Assembly (NCBI RefSeq): GCF_006345805.1
Contig: NC_043007.1
Coordinates: 2,046,001 to 2,110,000, forward strand
DNA from: Octopus sinensis
Taxonomy: Eukaryota
Direction: 5' to 3'
Length of the DNA: 64,000 bases
In this document: positions 26,736 to 39,622 of the stretch, piece after piece
How the letters are laid out: the number at the start of each line of letters is the position of its first letter
How positions within the stretch are numbered: the first letter of the stretch is position 1
Made by a program: the position numbers and the translations under genes
The notes under the pieces: generated by a model
Seen by the model: the letters and a program-made list of their open reading frames with translations, nothing else
Told to the model about the DNA's origin: nothing
Database searches by the model: none

Positions 26736-27187
26736 GTAAGAGTTTCTATTTTGGCTGTCTTTTTAGTCTTTCTGGCCATAAGATCATCATCATCATCATC
26801 ATTCATCATTATAATTTTCTCTCTTTCTTTTAAATTTCTTTCCATATTCAAGTGTTCCTTCCAATTTCTAAATTCCATTATTTCAAAGAGAAATTTAGTC
26901 AAATTAATCACCTCCACCCAGCCCTCTTATATACACTCGCTCAATCTATTATGTTTATTTAATTTTATTTTTTTTACAATTTAAAAAAAAACAAACTTCT
27001 ATAACTCTCTGTATAAGCACATGAAATTCATTGTTTCAGTCAATTTATAGCCTGTGTTGATTGTATGTATGTATGTATGTATGTATGTATGTGTGTATGT
27101 ATGTATGTATGTATGTATGTATGTATGCATGCATGCATGCATGCATGCATGTATGTATGTATGTATGTATGTATGTATGTATGTATC

Positions 27188-27485
27188 AATCACCGTGACC
27201 GACCAGGCTATCAGATGTTGCTACACATCACTGGTCACAATGCGCTTTGCATTGTTTTAGCCTTCAAATGACGCCACCCCACTGGCTAAGCGAGCAGGTC
27301 AACAGAAAAAGAGAGAAAGTTGTGGCGAAAGAGTACAGCAGGGATCACCACCACCCCCTGCCGGAGCCTCGTGGAGCTTTAGGTGTTTTCGCTCAATAAA
27401 CACTCACAGCGCCCGGTCTGGGAATTGAAACCTCGATCCAACAACCGCAAGTCCACTGCCCTAACCACTGGGCCATTGCGCCTCC
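27188..27485 (-). mobile_element. tRNA-derived SINE family F with (ATAC)n tail
   Basis: minus strand ggcgcaatggcccagtggttagg..gtttcaattccc head; tail runs into (ATAC)n at 27060-27187. Confidence 0.85.
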
Positions 27486-27504
27486 ACGCACACACACACA
27501 CAAT

Positions 27505-27561
<57 letters not shown>

Positions 27562-28445
27562 TGAATATTTTATTTAATATTTTTTACTATTGTATCATAG
27601 CTACATTTATTATGTTGTTCAGGGGATAAGTGGAGTATTGCTGAGGGGGAGGAAGACAGCAAGGAACTACAGAGAATGGTGTGTGTTGAGCCATTGGTAG
27701 ATGGCGCTAAGAGTGATAGGATAAGATGGCTGAAGTAGAATGAAAGTGGCTGGGATGATGGAAAGGAACGCTGAAGGAAGTAGAGAATAAAATATATTGA
27801 TTAAAATGCGAATCTATAATATATATATGAGGGAGGGCAGATCTCAATTTGTTAAAGTAAAAATGTTTTAACTTGCCAAAAGTGGAGAGGAAAATGATTT
27901 CCTTGTGAGAAAATGAAAGAATTTCCCTTGAAAAGGAAATTGTTAAGGAATGAAAGTATTCAATAATAAGAGTGAAATATTGAAGCTAAAGCTGCAAGGT
28001 GTTTCGATATTTAAAGATTAAAGGCTGTCAAGGTATTGATTCTGTATTATATTTCATATTTGTCTTGGATAGACTCCAGTCTTATGTTTGATATCTGGTA
28101 CTTCTTGTTTGGTTTCTTCAGTTCTGTTCCCGATGCTATCAGTTCAAATCTGATAGCATCAACTTCCAATTGACTGCTCTTTCCTCAGTTTTGAAACCCT
28201 ATAAGTAAGCATTGGTGTCAGTGATTCTTATTATCAGTTCAAACTCTCTGTCATCCTTCCAACAGGTGCATTGTAGGTAGAAGGCTTTTCCTCTCTCCTG
28301 TCATCAATTTACTGAGTCCAAATGCTATCTTTCACACACTGGCTTCACTGGCATCTCAGAGTGCCACTCTATGGCACTTCAATGTAGTGACAAATCACCA
28401 GAAGTTTGTCAGCTTCCTCATCTTGCAACAAGACAAATTCATTAA

Positions 28446-28667
28446 CCATTTCATTACTATATTTATTTTGAGATGCTCTGTGTTTCTTTCAATTAATTTT
28501 AAATATAACAAAGAATTTAGTAAAATAACTTCGTTATCATTAAGCTATTGTTAGGAACATAAATTGTGACTAAGGTTTGGTGGAAGATTTTAATTCAGAA
28601 CTTTTGAAAACAAAACATTTGTACTATAGAGCCAGAGATGGTTTCAGATGGGTTGGTATCGAAAGGG
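28446..28667 (-). mobile_element. piggyBac-type MITE family 2
   Basis: reverse-complement copy; TTAA at 28442-28445 and 28668-28671. Confidence 0.85.
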
Positions 28668-30489
28668 TTAAAGTTTACAAAATTATGATAAACTGATACA
28701 AATGTTAATGCTTGAACAAACTTGATAATGAGTCAATTTCTTGGATAATGATATCAAGAATGTTTCTCTTAGCACCGTTTTTGTTTCTACAAACATCGTC
28801 TGAAATGGAATAAAACATCTGTAAATGTTTGTGTTTGTGAAATGTCAAGTATCCCTTGAACCTTTTTGTTTTAGCAGTGATAATTTTAAAGAAAGCTGCG
28901 CTGTATGCTTTCTGCTTAAGAATTGAAATCAATTTTAGCATCGGAGGTTGGAACTTCAGCACAGAGACCAATATTTTGCTTCCTAATCAAAAATCAACCA
29001 CATTTTCAATGTTTTTAAACATTGGAGGAGATTATTAACACACCAATTTTAACTGTTGTTTGTGCTTCCTCAGGCGGCATTGGTTTATGGTTTCCCTCTA
29101 CAGATAAGTACCATTAGTCTTCGTCAAGTAGACAAGCAGAATGGAAATCAATTATACTCTTAAAAGATTTTGATTTTACTTTTATTTTTATTGCATTTTA
29201 TTTTATATTTTACTTTTGTTTTAATTTTTTTTTTCAGGAATTGTCAGTACTGGCATTTTTCTCAATTTTCAGATAATCTAATTCCAATGTAATTTTAGGG
29301 AAATTTTGTTAAGCTAGTGCAAAGTAAAGTTGTTGGTTTTCTTATTTTATTGTTAAATGTTGCGTGATGCTTCTCGTATTAATGTGTTAGACAACTGGCC
29401 ACGAGGCCATGAATTCAAATTTTGTTACAGCCAGCATATTGCTTCCACGTTCCTCATATTGCCTGGTTGAAAATAAATTCCAATTATTCTACAGGTTTGA
29501 GTTTAGCAAAAAGAAGAGTCTCAAACTATATGGAAACTGAAATAAATGGCTATCAAGTTTCCAAATTCCATAAAACCATTCTTCCTCTTGTATTTGTTCT
29601 GAAAATAGACTTAGTGCCATACAATAATCACAAAAGAAAATTTACTTTCCATTCTTAAAATTTATTAATAATTTTCTATGTTCACTTGAATGGCTGATTA
29701 CATACTGACCATTGTAATCAATATCGGCATTTTACATCTGCTTTCCTTGCTGGCATGAGTTGGACTGCTCTTCATAGACCACATCAATTCTTATTCAGAG
29801 TTACTTCGCGTTTAGATTTCATCTCTTGATTGTTTTCTTTTTCTCTTTCGGTTTCTGTGTCCAGATGCCATTCGCAACCATTAACCACTTTTTCTAGAGT
29901 CTCCTGGCTGCATATTATGATATTGGAACTAGTATTATAAAGGTTATCCTATACCAGACAAATTTAAAGAATTCTCTCAACTCTATGTCTCCATTTATTC
30001 ATCAACTGCTTTACTGGAATGTTCTCAGTAGCATTATATTGGCACCAACACTTACAGGGTTGCTTTGTACATTATCGCATTAGAGAACCCTTACCACTTT
30101 GTAATGTCTTCACATACTCGGGGCTATACAACTGAGCAGCTGATGTGTTTGTAATTTTTAATCATTTCTTCTCGTTCTATGGAACATATATATATCAATC
30201 CCTTAAAACAAAGTTCCCCATCTATTTTGTTTCAATAAACAAAGAGTATTCATATTGCTGCATTCCAGCATGAATGCCAAACAGCATATCATTTCCAAAT
30301 TTCTGGCAGAGTGAATTGTGTCATGGTGCCCAACTGACCCTACTATACTGTGTAGTCAACAAAAATCAAAAACAAACAATGCACATGTGTGAAATTAAAA
30401 ACATGTATATGCATGTACATATGCACAAACATTCAGTGTTTACTCTTTAGACTTGTAGAGTTATTTGTACCAGTCTCTCTCTTTGCCCT

Positions 30490-31130
30490 TTTTAAAGCTT
30501 AGCCAGGTTTTAAAGCGGTTTCCCGGTTTCCATGGCGTATGTGTTCCCCAGCAGGACGGGATGCCAGTCCATCACAGCGTAACTCATTTTTGCCAGCTGA
30601 GTGGACTGGAGCAACGTGAAATGAAGCGTTTTGCTCAAGAACACAACACATCGCCCGGTCCAGGAATCGAAACCACAATCTTATGATCATGGTGCTGACA
30701 CCCTACTGGACTTGAGACAGCATTCACCCGGGGTGGGTTGAGCTGGCATCATTCATCGTCAATGCTGCATCTCTCACAAACGCCAACCAGACCTGGTGAT
30801 TTGAGGCTAACGACCGTGTGATCTTCAACCACTCCTTATTCCAGCGGCGAACGCCGTAGATATGGGAGCCTAGGTTGGGTTCCAGATCAGCCTTGACTGT
30901 CATCAGCCAGGTTTTTTGTTGTCCACCACATCACTTTTGCCAACCCTGAAGGGGAGCTGCTCCGTAGATGAATTCTTCTGGTTGACAACGGAGGGCATGA
31001 CCCAGCCAACACAGACGTCTTGTTAGAATGACTTGTCGGAGGGAGGTGATTCTGCACTGGTGTCGCACCGAATTGTTGGAGATGCTGACACCCTAACCAC
31101 CCTAACCCTAACCACTAAGCCACGCACCTC
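30490..31130 (-). mobile_element. tRNA-derived SINE family I, split by an RTE insertion
   Basis: A box at about 31110-31125 and B box at 30660-30672, on either side of the LINE fragment. Confidence 0.75.
30706..31082 (-). mobile_element. 5'-truncated RTE-clade LINE 3' end
   Basis: minus frame RRLCWLGHALR...GWQK*CGGQQKTWLMTVKADLEP...GVRRWNKEW...THPG*; caagt tail; 13-bp TSD TGCTGACACCCTA (30693-30705, 31083-31095). Confidence 0.85.
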
Positions 31131-31299
31131 CACATTTGTACTTGTAACTATATATATGTGTTTTTGAAATTTCCTGCTTGTTTCTCTCATAGTTTCCATA
31201 ATGTCTACATTATATATTCTGCTGTATTCTTTATTATTCCAGTTACCTATATTCAAATCTGCATAAATATAATTATGATTTCATTTTGTCTGTCTCTAG

Positions 31300-31366
31300 A
31301 AGCTGACTTTCAAGACATGTGGCCAGAGTTGGCATTAACTCTTGAAGATTTCCTTTTCTCGAAAAA
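31300..31366 (+). CDS. MON2: MON2 internal exon, (E)ADFQDMWPELALTLEDFLFSK
   Basis: ctctag acceptor, AA|gtaagt donor, 67 nt, phase 1-2; matches FDSMWPELANTFEDFLFTK. Confidence 0.95.
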
Positions 31367-31484
31367 GTAAGTCACTTTACATTACATTTACTATATTATA
31401 CTGATTCCTCTGTCCCTGATCACCACCCGGTGTGGGACCCTCCACTCTCCCTCATACACCTATCTACACTCTCCCTGAAGGCAG

Positions 31485-31695
31485 CGAGCTGGCAGAAACG
31501 TCAGCATGCCTGGTGATGTGTAGTCATATTTTGTTTGCCACTACGTTCTGAGTTCAAATTCCGCTGAGATCGACTTTGCCTTTCATCCTTTCGGGGTCGA
31601 TAAATTAAGTACCAGTTACGCACTGGGGTCTATGTAATCGACTTAAGCCATTTGTCTGTCCTTGTTTGTCCCCTCTGTGTGAGTAATAAAGAAAT
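31485..31695 (+). mobile_element. tRNA-derived SINE family B
   Basis: gcgagctggcagaaacgtcagc...gagttcaaattcc...gtcgactttgcctttcatcc body; begins about 120 nt downstream of a MON2 exon. Confidence 0.85.
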
Positions 31696-32064
31696 ATATC
31701 TACACTCTCCCCATGCTCCAATATATTTATCATACCCTCCCTCCCTCCCAGCCACTCCATTTTCTCTCACCATCACTTGCTACAGTCATGTCTTTCCCTG
31801 TCTCTAAACATCTCCCCTCACACTCTTATGGACACACCCTCTCTGTACCACTTTTCCCTTCGATACGCCCCACTGTTTCCTTCGATACGTCCCAAACACC
31901 TCCAACGCCATCTATTTTTCTGTCTTTTATTCTCATTGCCTCTCTATCTTTCTCCAGCTCTTTCTCCTGGGGCTGATGCACTGGACTAAAAAATCTTTAA
32001 GGTGCTGCTCCAGCATGGCCACACTCTGATGACTAAAACAGTGAAAGATAAAAGATATACATAC

Positions 32065-32420
32065 ATATCATCATCATCATCATCGTTGTCATTTAATGTC
32101 TGCTTTCCATGGTGGCATGGGTTGGATGGCTTGACTGAGGACTGGCAAACCAGATGACTGCACCAGGCTCCAATCCGATCTGGTAGTGTTTCTACAGCTG
32201 GATGCCCTTCCTAATGCCAACCACTCTGAGAGTGTAGTGAGTGCTTTTATGTGCCACTGGCATAGGTGTCAGTCAGGTGGGCCTGTCATTGATCTCATTT
32301 GGATGGTGCTTTTATGTGCCACCAGCACAGGAGCCAGTCAGGGGTTACTGGCATCGACCATGTTTGAATGGTGCTTTTTACGTGCCACCCGTACGGGAGC
32401 CAGTCAGGTGGCACTGGCCC
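32065..32420 (-). mobile_element. family C element
   Basis: catcatcatcgttgtcatttaatgtc...ggatgcccttcctaatgccaacc. Confidence 0.8.
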
Positions 32421-32442
32421 CAGCTATGATATTGTGTGTATG

Positions 32443-32512
<70 letters not shown>

Positions 32513-32588
32513 CATACATTTGTATTCTTTTACATGTTTCAGTCATTTGTCTGTGGCCATGCTGGAGCACCATATATATATATATATA

Positions 32589-32674
<86 letters not shown>

Positions 32675-33667
32675 ATTGAAATGGATGAATGAATTATCTT
32701 GTTACGGTTACGGATTATTCAAAATTTAACCGATACCTGGGTCTTCCCTTCACTAAATATATATATATATATATAATATTATTATTGAACATTATAAAAA
32801 AGAAGAACCATCCAAATATTTTATTGAAATTAAATCTGAAACAATCAATGTATAAATTATGTGCTTGCTTCCATGCTATTTGAAACTGCTTTCAAATTTT
32901 CTAAATGAGAATTTTGTATAACGACAGTGTTCCAGTACCTGTTGTCTACATAGTGCCAGCTGAAGTGTATGAGTGTGTGTGAGAGAAAGCGAAAGAGAGA
33001 GAAAGAGAGAGAGGACAAAAAGAAGGAAAGTGAGACAGAAATCAAAGGGGAGAACTTACCATTCCATTACAACTACCACTTTTTCCTTATCTTTCTTTCT
33101 TATTTTTTTTTTTTTTTAATTGGTGCTGTCTTACCCCACAAGGCCGAAGTTAAGATTATTTTGTTTCAATGATTTTTTTTCTGGGTTTGATGTTAATGTT
33201 TCTTATTTTTTCATATGTTTGACATATTGTTTTTCAAATAATTCCCTAGCTTTCACAATATTTTACCTTTTTTTTTTGTTTTTTTTTTTATATCTGCTTC
33301 ACATTTTTCTATTCTCTGATGGTAGATATTGTAGGTGTATAATCTTTGATGTATGTTCATTTTGTGGCTTTACCATAATTGCTTTTCTTAACACTCAATT
33401 CCATTCCATGGGGCATTCTTTTGTTATTCACTTCTATCATAATCTTCTATGGATAGCATCTCTATTGAGAGCTAATAAGGCAGTATCATCCCCAGATCTG
33501 AACAAACGGCTCATTCTTCCTGCTGGCCTGATCCTTTACTTCTCTGAAGATTTCCTCGATATACTGGAGATAGGAGAGTGAACGACTTTGTTCTGGTTCC
33601 TTCCTTAATTTTCAATTCTGCAATGGAGAAAAAGTAAGATATTCCCTAAAAAGTATACAACAATGTG

Positions 33668-34450
33668 TGAAGGGGCATGGCCTAGTAGATAGGGCTGTAG
33701 CACTTGGGATTCTGAGATCAGGGTTTCAATTCTCACTCTGGCTGCACATTGTGTTCTTGAGTAAAACACTTCATTTTACATTGTTCCTGTCCACTCGGGT
33801 GTAAATGAGTAACCCTGTGAGGGACTGGCCTTCCAAGCAGGGGGGATATGGGCCTGCTCACCTAACCAGCAGGGAGTATGTGGCCTTGCTCACCTATTCA
33901 ACAGGGGGTATGTGGCCCTGCTCACCTATCCAGCTGGAGGTATATGGACCTGCTTGCCTACCCAGCAGTGGGGTATGTGGCCCTGCTCACCTATCCAGCA
34001 GAGGGTATGTGGGTCTGCTTGCTTAGCCATCAGGGAGGGTATATGGGCCTGCTCACCTAACCAGCAGGGGGTATGTGAGCCTACTTGCCTAGCCAGCAGG
34101 GGATATGTATCTTGCTTGCCTAGCCAGCAGGGGGGTATGCAGGCATGTAGGCCAGCTCACCTACCCAGCAGAGTATGTGTGGGCCTGCTTGCCTACCCAG
34201 CAGGGGATATGTGGGTCTGCTTGCCTACTAACCAGGGGTTATGTGGGCCTGCATGCCTATCCAGCACATGGTATGTGGGCCCACTGGACTAGCCAGCAGG
34301 GTGGCATCATTCAAAAGCTAAAACAAAATGAAATGCATTTGTATTCTTTTACATGTTTCAGTCATTTGTCTGTGGCCATGCTGGAGCACCATATATATAT
34401 ATATTGATGGTGTTATACATATAACAAAGTCTGCCAGCCTGGTCGATACC
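33668..34450 (+). mobile_element. SINE with family I-type head and family F-type tail, carrying an internal minisatellite
   Basis: ggggcatggcctagtagatagg..ggtttcaattc head; agccagcagggtggcatcattcaaaagctaaaacaa matches the family F tail. Confidence 0.65.
33835..34300. repeat. 32-bp minisatellite CCAGCAGGGGGTATGTGGGCCTGCTCACCTAT, about 14 units
   Basis: visible periodicity. Confidence 0.9.
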
Positions 34451-34774
34451 GTGACTGTGGTATTGCATGCAATAAGGTATTTGTAGCTGTCATGCATAAG
34501 TTGCTTTCTCCAGTCTTAAAGTCTTCTAAAAAAATAGTTTACAAGCTCTTCTTATCTTCCAATTCTTGAGCTCTGGTCTCATAAGAAAGATTATGGTCTT
34601 ACTTTTCCTTCAAGTTGCTAGGTCTCTGCCCAAAGATAAAGAATGGGGCACAGGCTGCCTTTCCTCTTCTGACTAATCCACAAGCTAAAACTTCCTTTAA
34701 AAATAATATTGTATATTTCAGAGATGAGGAATTTACATTGGATAGATGCATGTCCTCATCTTGTTTGTTACCAC

Positions 34775-34815
34775 AATGTTCTGCTCATTTACTCTCCAGC
34801 CTTCATCAGGTGTCC
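34775..34815 (-). ncRNA. degenerate minimal hammerhead (left arm)
   Basis: minus GACAC-CUGAUGA-a-GGCUG..GAGCA-GAACAUUGUGG; one A lost from GAAA. Confidence 0.55.
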
Positions 34816-35607
34816 TAGTAGAATTTTGAATCTAACCCTGGGTTCTCATTTCTAAGGTATTTTTTTGATGATGTTGTTATTATTATTATTTATTCAAGTC
34901 ACTACCCAGAATTGAAGTTGCACTCTTAGGGTTAGTAGCCCATGCTCTTAACCATCATGCCCGTGAGCAATTATAGAGTGAATTTATAAACCTAATATTT
35001 TTGCATCCTTCCTTAATACTGGTTCCCATATACTATTCATATCTGCACTAGACACAATAACCTCCTAAGCAGACCTGGTGCAAATATGAGTAGAGTATGG
35101 GAACCGGTATTAAGGAAGGATAGGAAAATATTAGGTTTATAAGCCCTAAAATTCACTCCATAATTGCCCATGGGCATATGGTGTAGTGGTTAAGTGCGTG
35201 GGCTACTCACCCTAAGATTGCAAATTCAATTCCAGAGCCTTGAATCATCATCATCATCGTCATTTAACGTCCGCTTTCCATGCTAGCATGGGTTGGATGG
35301 TTTGATTGTGGACTGGTGAGCCAGATGGCTACACCAGGCTCCAGTCTTGATCTGGCAGAGTTTCTACAGCTGGATGCCCTTCCTAACGCCAACCACTCCG
35401 AGAGTGTAGTGGGTGCTTTTTACGTGCCACTGGCACGGGGGCCAGGCAGGCAGTACTGGCAACGACCTTGCTCGAATTTTTTTTTTTTTTACTCATGCCA
35501 ACGGCACAGATGCCAGTTGTATAATAATAATAAAAATAATAATAATAACATCAGCAAAAAAATATCTTAAGAATGAGAACCCAGGGTTGGGTCCAAAATT
35601 CTACCAG

Positions 35608-35653
35608 GACACCTGATGAAGGCTGGAGAGTAAATGAGCCGAAACATTGTCGT
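35608..35653 (+). ncRNA. minimal type-I hammerhead ribozyme motif (right arm)
   Basis: GACAC-CUGAUGA(35613-19)-a-GGCU..AGCC-GAAA(35641-44)-CAUUGUCGU; intact core, helices I and III weakened. Confidence 0.7.
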
Positions 35654-36467
35654 AACAACAAACAAGATGGAGACACATATCCGTCCAATATAAATAATGT
35701 AAATATTGAACTCAAATAATGTAGTCCTAGATGCACTATCACTAGTATAAGAGGAACACCTCTGGTCATATGTCTTTCCAATCAGGAACAAACCAGTTGT
35801 TAACCAGCAACAGCAACTAATACCACAATATCCTGAAATACAAGGTTTATCCACAAACAAGAGAAATACATCCAAAGTACACATAATTTCCGGATATCCA
35901 TTTTCCTTTTTATACAAGTTTCCTGTCTCTACTTCGGTTACTCTGTCCATGATTGTTTCAAGAATTCTTAAGAATCTGCTGTATATTTTGGTGGAGACTT
36001 GCATTTAACAAACTGGAATTGTTTTCATATGTCCTTATTCTTCCAGTTGTATAAACAATACAGTCTCTCTCTGTGGTTGCTTTTTTTTGTTTTTGATTCT
36101 TTGACATAACATCTGTGTGTGCATCTGTGTGCATTTCTTTTTCATTGCGATGCAAGTGCAGCATTTTATGAAATACTTATTTAAGTATATGTATACAAGA
36201 CATTTCTTTGTAGACGTTTGTGTAACGCAAACAGCATATGGAATATGGAAGTCTTTTTGTTTTGTTACTACTCTTTTTCTTTTTATTTCTCCTACTGAAA
36301 TAGACATGAGAAAAATGCATGCATGCACAGGTATAGACAGACTGACAGACAGACAACTTTACATACACATATATATCTTTTATCTTTTACTTGTTTCAAT
36401 CATTAAGCAACGGCCATGCTGGGGCACAGTTTTTTTTGTTTTTCTTACCAAGTCTAGTACTTATTCT

Positions 36468-37057
36468 TATTTCTTTACTGCCCACAAGGGGCTACACATA
36501 GAGGGGGACAAACATGGACAGACAAATGGATTAAGTTGATTATATTGACCCCAGTGCATAACTGGTACTTATTTAATCGACTCCGAAAGAATGAAAGGCA
36601 AAGTTGACCTTGGCAGAATTTGAACTCAGAATGTAGCAGCAGACGAAATACCTATTTCTTTACTACCCACAAGGGGCTAAACACAGAGGGGACAAACATG
36701 GACAGACAAATGGATTAAGTTTATTATATTGACCTCAGTGCGTAACTGGTACTTATTTAATCGACCCCGAAAGGATGAAAACCAAAGTCAACCTCAGCAG
36801 AATTTGAACTCAGAACATAGCAGCAGACGAAATACCTATTTCTTTACTACCCACAGGGGGCTAACACAGAGAGGACAAACAAGGACAGACAAATGGATTA
36901 AGTTGATTATATCGACCCCAGTGCATAACTGGTACTTAATTTATCGACCCCGAAATGATGAAAGGCAAAGTCGACCTCAGCGGAATTTGAACCCAGAATG
37001 TAGCGGCAGACGAAATACTGCTAAGCATTTCGCCTGGCGTGCTAACGTTTCTGCCAG
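36468..37057 (-). mobile_element. trimeric SINE family B array (about 184-bp units, one head)
   Basis: junction gacgaaatacctatttctttac at about 36651 and 36835. Confidence 0.9.
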
Positions 37058-37329
37058 ATTCTTTTTGCTGAAGTCCTTGGTTATAGGGGCAAAACCAAAC
37101 TGACACCACTTGTCAAGCAGCACCGATAGAAGACACACACACACGCACACACACAAACGTATATCGTAAGTCCAAAACATATTTTCAGAAAATGAAAAAT
37201 AGCTTCACCATTCCATAGCCAGACCATTGTACTACACTTTGACAACTTTTGATATCTCAGCATCTGAAGCAGCTGGAGATACGATAGTTTGATCAAAAGA
37301 ACCGGCTATTGCAAGCAAAAATAAATATT

Positions 37330-37730
37330 CTTTTCTACTCTAGGCACAAGTTCGAAATTTTTTGTTAGGGTCAGGCGCAGTTGATTAGATCGACCCCAGT
37401 ATGCAACTGATACTTAATTTATTGATCCCGAAAGGATGAAAAGCAAAATAGACCTTGGTGGAATTTGAACTCAGAACGTGAAGACAGACGAAATACCTAT
37501 TTCTTTACTACCCACAAACAGCTAAACACAGAGGGGACAAACAAGGACAGACAAACGGATTAAGTCGATTACATTGACCCTAGCGCGTAACTGGTAATTA
37601 ATTTATCAACTCCGAAAGGATGAAAGGCAAAGTCAACCTCGGCGGAATTTGAACTCAGAATGTAACTGCAGACGAATTACAGCTACGCATTTCGCGCGGC
37701 ATGCTAACGATTCTGCCATCTCGCCACCTA
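37330..37730 (-). mobile_element. dimeric SINE B with an alternative (ccttgtgcctagagtagaa) tail
   Basis: same junction at 37496. Confidence 0.8.
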
Positions 37731-37959
37731 GAAAAAATAAATATTGAAAAAAAAAAACCCGTGTTTGGCCACATTTGGACATACAACAGTTTAATTAATA
37801 GCAACTGGCTTCTTTCAGTTTCTGTCATCCCAATTCACTGACAAGGCTTTGGTAGGCATGGAGCTACAGTAAAAGACACCTGCCCAATGTGTCACCTTGT
37901 GGGACTGAACTGCCAACCATGTGGTTTGGAAGCAAGCTTCTTATCACACAGCTGCACCA

Positions 37960-38228
37960 GTGCTTATATATGCATGGATTCTGAAGCATACACTGATACA
38001 TACATACATACACATTGTATATATTTGTGTATAGATAAATATATGTGCACTGACACACACACACACGCATCCATACATGCTTGCGTGTATATACACACAC
38101 ATATTTATTCATACATGCTTGCATTTATATACACACTCACAAATACGCACTCACACTTCTTGCACACACACACATATATCCATACATGCTTGCATTTATA
38201 CACATACACACACACACTCTCGCACACG

Positions 38229-38260
<32 letters not shown>

Positions 38261-38770
38261 TTCAAGTAGCCCCTATGCACTCCATGTATAACCGAAACAT
38301 CCATTGTATGCATGACCCGAACCTGTCCTTCTCTTCTGACCCTTTTGATAAAGAATCCACTGTTGCAGATAAGCACTACATTTCACTGGGGTCTTTTTTC
38401 TTTGTTTTTGTAAGTTGTAATGTCTCTCTCTCTACCTTTTCCCTCCACTCCCTCCTCCCCCTCTCTCCCGGTGTCTCTCTCCAGCATTCTTGAATAAGTA
38501 AAAAGAGAAAAATAAAAATGCGATTCCTGTATCTCTGTGTGTGTCAATACACGTCAATCTTGCTTCACGGTGACAATAATACATTCTTCTCTGTTGCGGA
38601 ATGTATTTTTTGCAAGCTTATTTCTTCCTCTCATCCATTGTCTCCTGTCCCTCCTACCGTACCTCTATCTATGTGTGTGTGTATATATGCATATATACAT
38701 GTGTGTATATATATATATGTGTGTGTGTGTGTTTATATATATATATATATATATGTGTGTGTATATATAT

Positions 38771-38822
<52 letters not shown>

Positions 38823-39014
38823 CACACATATATATATGTATATATATATGTGTGTGTGTATGTGTGTGTATATATATATATGTATATGCATATATATATG
38901 TATTTGTACATATATATGTATATATATGTGTGTATATATGTGTATATATATGTATATATACATACATATATCATACACACACATATATATACATATTTAT
39001 GAATATATATATGT

Positions 39015-39051
<37 letters not shown>

Positions 39052-39110
39052 TATTTATACACACATGCATGCACACACAACACACACTCACACACACACA
39101 CATGTATATA
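37960..39110. repeat. (AC)n/(AT)n microsatellite fields
   Basis: visible low complexity. Confidence 0.9.
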
Positions 39111-39339
39111 TTTGTATGTATCGGATTTGTTTTTTTGTTTTTTTTTTGTTTCTGTCTGTTTTTGCTGCTGCAGATGAATAGTAATGTTGATATTTTGTCT
39201 TCTCTGATGAGAAGATAATACTTTGACTCTCGCCAACCATTTTGATGAACCCTATTTTATGCATCAACTCTCCGTGTAAATAATAACAGTAATTGGAATG
39301 CAAAGCACTGGCACTGGTGCCGATGCTGACGACCATAAG

Positions 39340-39580
39340 GGCAAGGCTGACGATGGTGATGATGATGATGATGGTGACGATGATGGTGACGATGATGATG
39401 ATAGTGATGATGATAGTGATGATGGTGATGAGGAAGGAGAGGAAAATGATGATCGTGGTTATGATGATGATGATGATGATGACGGTGACAATGATGATGA
39501 CAATGATGATGATGATGATGATGATTTTGACGATAGTGATGATGGCGATGAGGAAGAAGAGGAAAATGATGATCGTGGTT

Positions 39581-39622
<42 letters not shown>

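Larger units (their letters stand above)
34711..35705. mobile_element. head-to-head inverted pair of the tRNA-headed hammerhead element
   Basis: left arm 34711-35051 is the reverse complement of right arm 35075-35705 once the family C insert (about 35245-35515) is removed. Confidence 0.85.

Noticed and set aside
28132-28160. Perfect 11-bp hairpin with TTCAAAT loop
   Set aside because: Isolated and short; no second copy or context to give it meaning
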